Shown here in pieces: positions 61,572 through 64,000 of a DNA stretch of 64,000 bases. Below the pieces are notes generated by a model that was not told the DNA's origin, did not search any database, and was given only the letters and a program-made list of their open reading frames with translations. The stretch is from Torpedo marmorata (lineage: Eukaryota): positions 37,944,001-38,008,000 of the forward strand of contig OZ360236.1 in NCBI GenBank assembly GCA_977017645.1, in the 5' to 3' direction. Each line of letters starts with the position of its first letter. Position 1 is the stretch's first letter. The position numbers were made by a program, and so were the translations under genes.

Positions 61572-62858
61572 TAAATTAGGTTATGCTTTGATTTTACCAA
61601 GACAAAATGAATTAGAATTATTAGTTACTAATGGAGATATTAATAAATTTATTTCTCAAATGTATAAATTGTTTCAGAGGAAAATGCCGAAAGTAGGTTT
61701 GCATAAATCAAGATTAAAATGGGAATTAGATTTGAATGTAAGAATAGATGAAAATCATTGGAAAGAATTATGTAAATTAAGTATGACGAAGATTATTAAT
61801 GTTAGATATAGACTAGTACAATATAATTTTTTTCATCAATTATATTTAACACCTAAAAAATTAAAGAAATTTAATCCGACATTATCAGATTTATGTTTTA
61901 GATGTAATAAAGGGGAAGGGTCTTTTGTACATTGTACATGGTTTTGTCCAAAAGTTTATGATTTTTGGTTGAAAGTTAAAAAAATTTTAGATAAAGTATT
62001 TAAGATTACATTTCCAATGGATCCTATGATATTTTTGTTTGGAGATATTAGAAAATTTAGTATTAAGATGAAATTAAATATATATCAGATAGATTTTTTG
62101 CGAATTGCTTTAGCTGTTTCAAAGAAGTGCATTGCTATTACTTGGAAATCTGATTTAGATTTAGGATTAGAAAGATGGCATGCAGAACTTCGTTCATGTA
62201 TACCACTTGAAAAAATTACTTATAATTTACGTAATAAATATCATTTCTTTTTAAAAATTTGGAGCCCATATATGAAAGCTGTTGGTTTAAGGATTTGAAG
62301 ATCTCTAGATATCGGATCTGCTGGCATACTTGACCTCCATAATAGAATTAGTTTATAGATTGGCATTCCCCTTACTCTATCTTTTTCTTTCTTTTTCCAT
62401 TTTTATTTTTTATATTTGCTATTACATGGAAGTCTGATGTAGATTTAGGTTTAGAAAGGTGGCACGCAGAACTTCGTTCTTGTATACCACTTGAAAAAAT
62501 TACTTATAATTTACGTAACAAATATCATTTCTTTTCGAAAATATGGAGCCCATATATAAAAGCGGTCGACTTAAAAATAAAAATTTGAAGATCTCTGAAC
62601 ATTGGATCAGGCTGGTGAACCTAATTTCCACAAAAATTTTAGTTTATAGTTATTCTTATTCTAGATTGACATTCTCCTTAGTTTATCTTTTTCTTTTCTT
62701 TACTTTATTTTATTTTATAGATTAGTACGGGTGGGGGGGTTAGGGTGGGGAGGGTGGTTGGGAGGGAGAAAATATATCACATGTATTTTGATAATTTTGC
62801 GATTTATACAATGTATTTTGTGATTTAAAATTTTAAATAAAATATTCCAAAAAAAAAT
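61572..62858 (+). mobile_element. 5'-truncated L1 with two consecutive 3' ends
   Basis: ORF 61588-62298 is the ORF2 C-terminus; a second copy of the last codons plus a different 3' UTR begins at about 62416. Confidence 0.88.
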
Positions 62859-63041
62859 GTCACCTGAGTGGCATTTTGTTTACAAATTGTTTTTGTCACG
62901 ATCTGATCAACTGACAAGAAAGAAAACACCATTTTCTTATTCGTCCAACAGTCTACTTCCACGTGGTAAAATGCACGGCGGGCTTTCTTTTCATGGTTGC
63001 TGTCAAATAACCAATAAATAAAACCTTAAAGTTTTGAAATA

Positions 63042-63628
63042 CCGTATATACGCTTGTAATTGTCGAGTTTTGTGAACCAATTTTTAGGGTAAAATATAGG
63101 GGGTTGACTATTACACGCATACTACTTTTGACCACGGTTACTACCTGCATCACTCGGGGCATTGGGAGCTCAGATAGGCGAGCGGGCGGCTGGGACTGGG
63201 TGGCAAGTCCGAGTTCGGGGCGTTGGGTTCTCGGATGGGCAGGCGGCAGGCCGGGGCCTAGGAGAGACCGTGGTCGGTGCATCGGGAGATTGGATGGGTG
63301 AGCGGGAGGACGGGGCCTAGGTGGGAGTCTGCAGTTGAGGGGGGGGGGTCGGGAGCTCAGATTGGGGGCATCGGGAGCTTGGATGGGCGGGTGGCCTGTG
63401 CCTAGGCGAGAATCCGCGGTCGTGGTGTTGGAAGTTCCTGTGGGCGGGCGACCAGGACCTGGGCGAAAGATGGTAGCTGGGGCGTCGGGAGTTCTGGTGG
63501 GCGGGCAGCTGGGGCCTGGGCAAAAATCGGTGGTCAGGGCATTGGGAACTCGGATGGGCGGGTGGCTGGGGCCAAAAATAGGGGGGTTGACTTTTACACA
63601 GTATCGTCTATTACATGCGTATATACGG
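63042..63628. mobile_element. Tc1/mariner-pogo-type MITE with GC-rich degenerate internal repeats
   Basis: ta|ccgtatatacgcttgtaat ... attacatgcgtatatacgg|ta TIRs. Confidence 0.8.
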
Positions 63629-63687
63629 TAGATTTATGTTCCCTTGACCATGGTGCTTAATTCTCAGTTGATAAAATACTCTTGTTT

Positions 63688-63857
63688 TACCTTGCTGAAG
63701 GGCTCAAGCCCAAAACGTCAGTTATGTATTTTTATCTTTGCTATATAATACCTTGATGAAGGGCTGAAGCCCGAAACGCAGGTTATGTATTTTTATCTTT
63801 GCTATATGAAGGACACTGTTTGACCAGCTGAGTTTCTCCAGCATTGTGTTTTCACTC
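63688..63857 (+). mobile_element. pLTR-only PLE derivative with two tandem hammerhead-like motifs
   Basis: 61-nt tandem unit starting at about 63689 and 63750, followed by the common pLTR tail ctgagtttctccagcattgtgttt. Confidence 0.75.
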
Positions 63858-64000
63858 TGTTGCTTTTATGTAATGTACATGACAGATGTCTCTTATTATT
63901 AACTTTATGCAGTAACATTTCCTCTGGATATATGCTAAATATGTAAGCCAAGGTCACATTACATTGATTTCTTTGTTAGATATCATTAACATTCCCTGTG

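Overview
Eukaryotic vertebrate genomic DNA; the repeat landscape suggests a cartilaginous fish (inference). The window is the interior of a prostacyclin synthase gene (PTGIS/CYP8A1, + strand). Coding exons 2-6 are readable with AG/GT boundaries and consistent phases; exon 1 and exons 7+ were not found. The introns are packed with transposable elements: full-length and truncated L1-clade LINEs, CR1 LINEs, Rex1/Babar-like LINE fragments, V-SINE-like SINEs, an intact Gypsy element, a non-autonomous BEL/Pao element, Neptune-type Penelope-like elements (PLEs) with hammerhead-ribozyme-like motifs, and small DNA transposons. Four observations stand out. (1) The BEL element has RT/RNase H/most of integrase replaced in frame by an intronless MIPOL1-like host coding fragment, and its Gag has a SAP-like domain. 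(2) Both LTR elements lack a tRNA primer-binding site and instead carry a sequence complementary to their own LTR, suggesting self-priming. (3) A 5.5-kb head-to-head PLE palindrome with two intact RT-GIY-YIG frames sits inside a single TSD. (4) There is a recent 480-bp inverted duplication, and an inverted L1 pair flanks exon 3. All homology calls are by eye and from memory; no searches were run.
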